64,000 bases of DNA from Eledone cirrhosa (lineage: Eukaryota): NCBI GenBank assembly GCA_964016885.1, contig OZ024742.1, positions 291,276,001 through 291,340,000 on the forward strand. The letters are read 5' to 3'. The position numbers and the translations under genes were made by a program. Below are positions 63,470 through 64,000 of the stretch, piece after piece. Below the pieces are notes generated by a model. The model searched no databases and had not been told where the DNA came from. It worked only from the letters and a program-made list of their open reading frames with translations. Numbering within the stretch: the stretch's first letter is position 1; each line of letters starts with the position of its first letter.

Positions 63470-63576
63470 TAATTAGAAAGTGAACAACACAAAATATAAC
63501 TACTCCATTACCAAAGGTTTCTGGATCCCAGACAATAATAATATCCGTCTGTATCGGTCGTCAGACAAAGATGTTA
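63470..63576 (-). mobile_element. Single arm of the 29239 hammerhead element
   Basis: Minus strand ctgacga...gaaacctttggtaatggag. Confidence 0.7.
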
Positions 63577-63722
63577 TGGATGAAAAATATGAAATGAGAT
63601 TTAAAATCTGTTAAAAATGGGAAGTGAGGCTGGAAAAATAACGGGAAATATATATATAAGAAAAGAAGAGTAAGAAAAATAATATATAAAAATATATAGC
63701 AATATAGAAAAAAACATGTGTG

Positions 63723-63770
<48 letters not shown>

Positions 63771-63771
63771 T

Positions 63772-63993
63772 ATCATCATCCATCATTCATCATTTCATTT
63801 TACGTCCGCTTTTCCCTGCTAGCAAGGGACGGGAACTGATTCTGGATTGATTTCTACAGCTGGATGCCCTTCCTAACACCAACCTCATTTACAGTGAGTG
63901 CTGGGTGCTTTTTTTTTGCCGTGGCACCTCCACGACCACTTTGCAGTGGAATGATAGGGACCCTATGCTCTAACCACTAAGCCATGTGCCTCC
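63772..63993 (-). mobile_element. Internally deleted tRNA SINE copy
   Basis: Head and tail of 52461-52806 joined, with the B-box region missing. Confidence 0.85.
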
Positions 63994-64000
63994 ATATATA

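Overview
AT-rich, microsatellite-dense animal genomic DNA made almost entirely of transposable elements and tandem repeats. I recognise no host gene. The SINE and RTE families resemble those of octopus/coleoid cephalopods (inference from recalled repeat sequences, not a search). Main contents: (1) an apparently intact minus-strand RTE-clade LINE (ORF 43563-46682) with an internal PHD-like Cys/His finger and a tandem-monomer 5' region, plus many truncated relatives; (2) a second, lesioned RTE LINE with three C-terminal C2H2 fingers (10839-14882) and its ~600-bp bipartite non-autonomous derivative, sitting in (TATG)n; (3) a decayed GC-rich CRE-type RT+RLE retrotransposon (6316-8498) inside an unexplained envelope with inverted motifs; (4) a Penelope-like GIY-YIG element in inverted configuration; (5) a Helitron, piggyBac/mariner/hAT-like MITEs and tRNA-SINEs; (6) a ~5.9-kb 33-bp minisatellite. 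The most striking pattern is a set of at least six unrelated fold-back (hairpin + short tail) elements, mostly in (TA)n, that carry hammerhead-ribozyme cores, plus a 432-bp tandem repeat with one minimal hammerhead per unit. All alignments and folds were done by eye.
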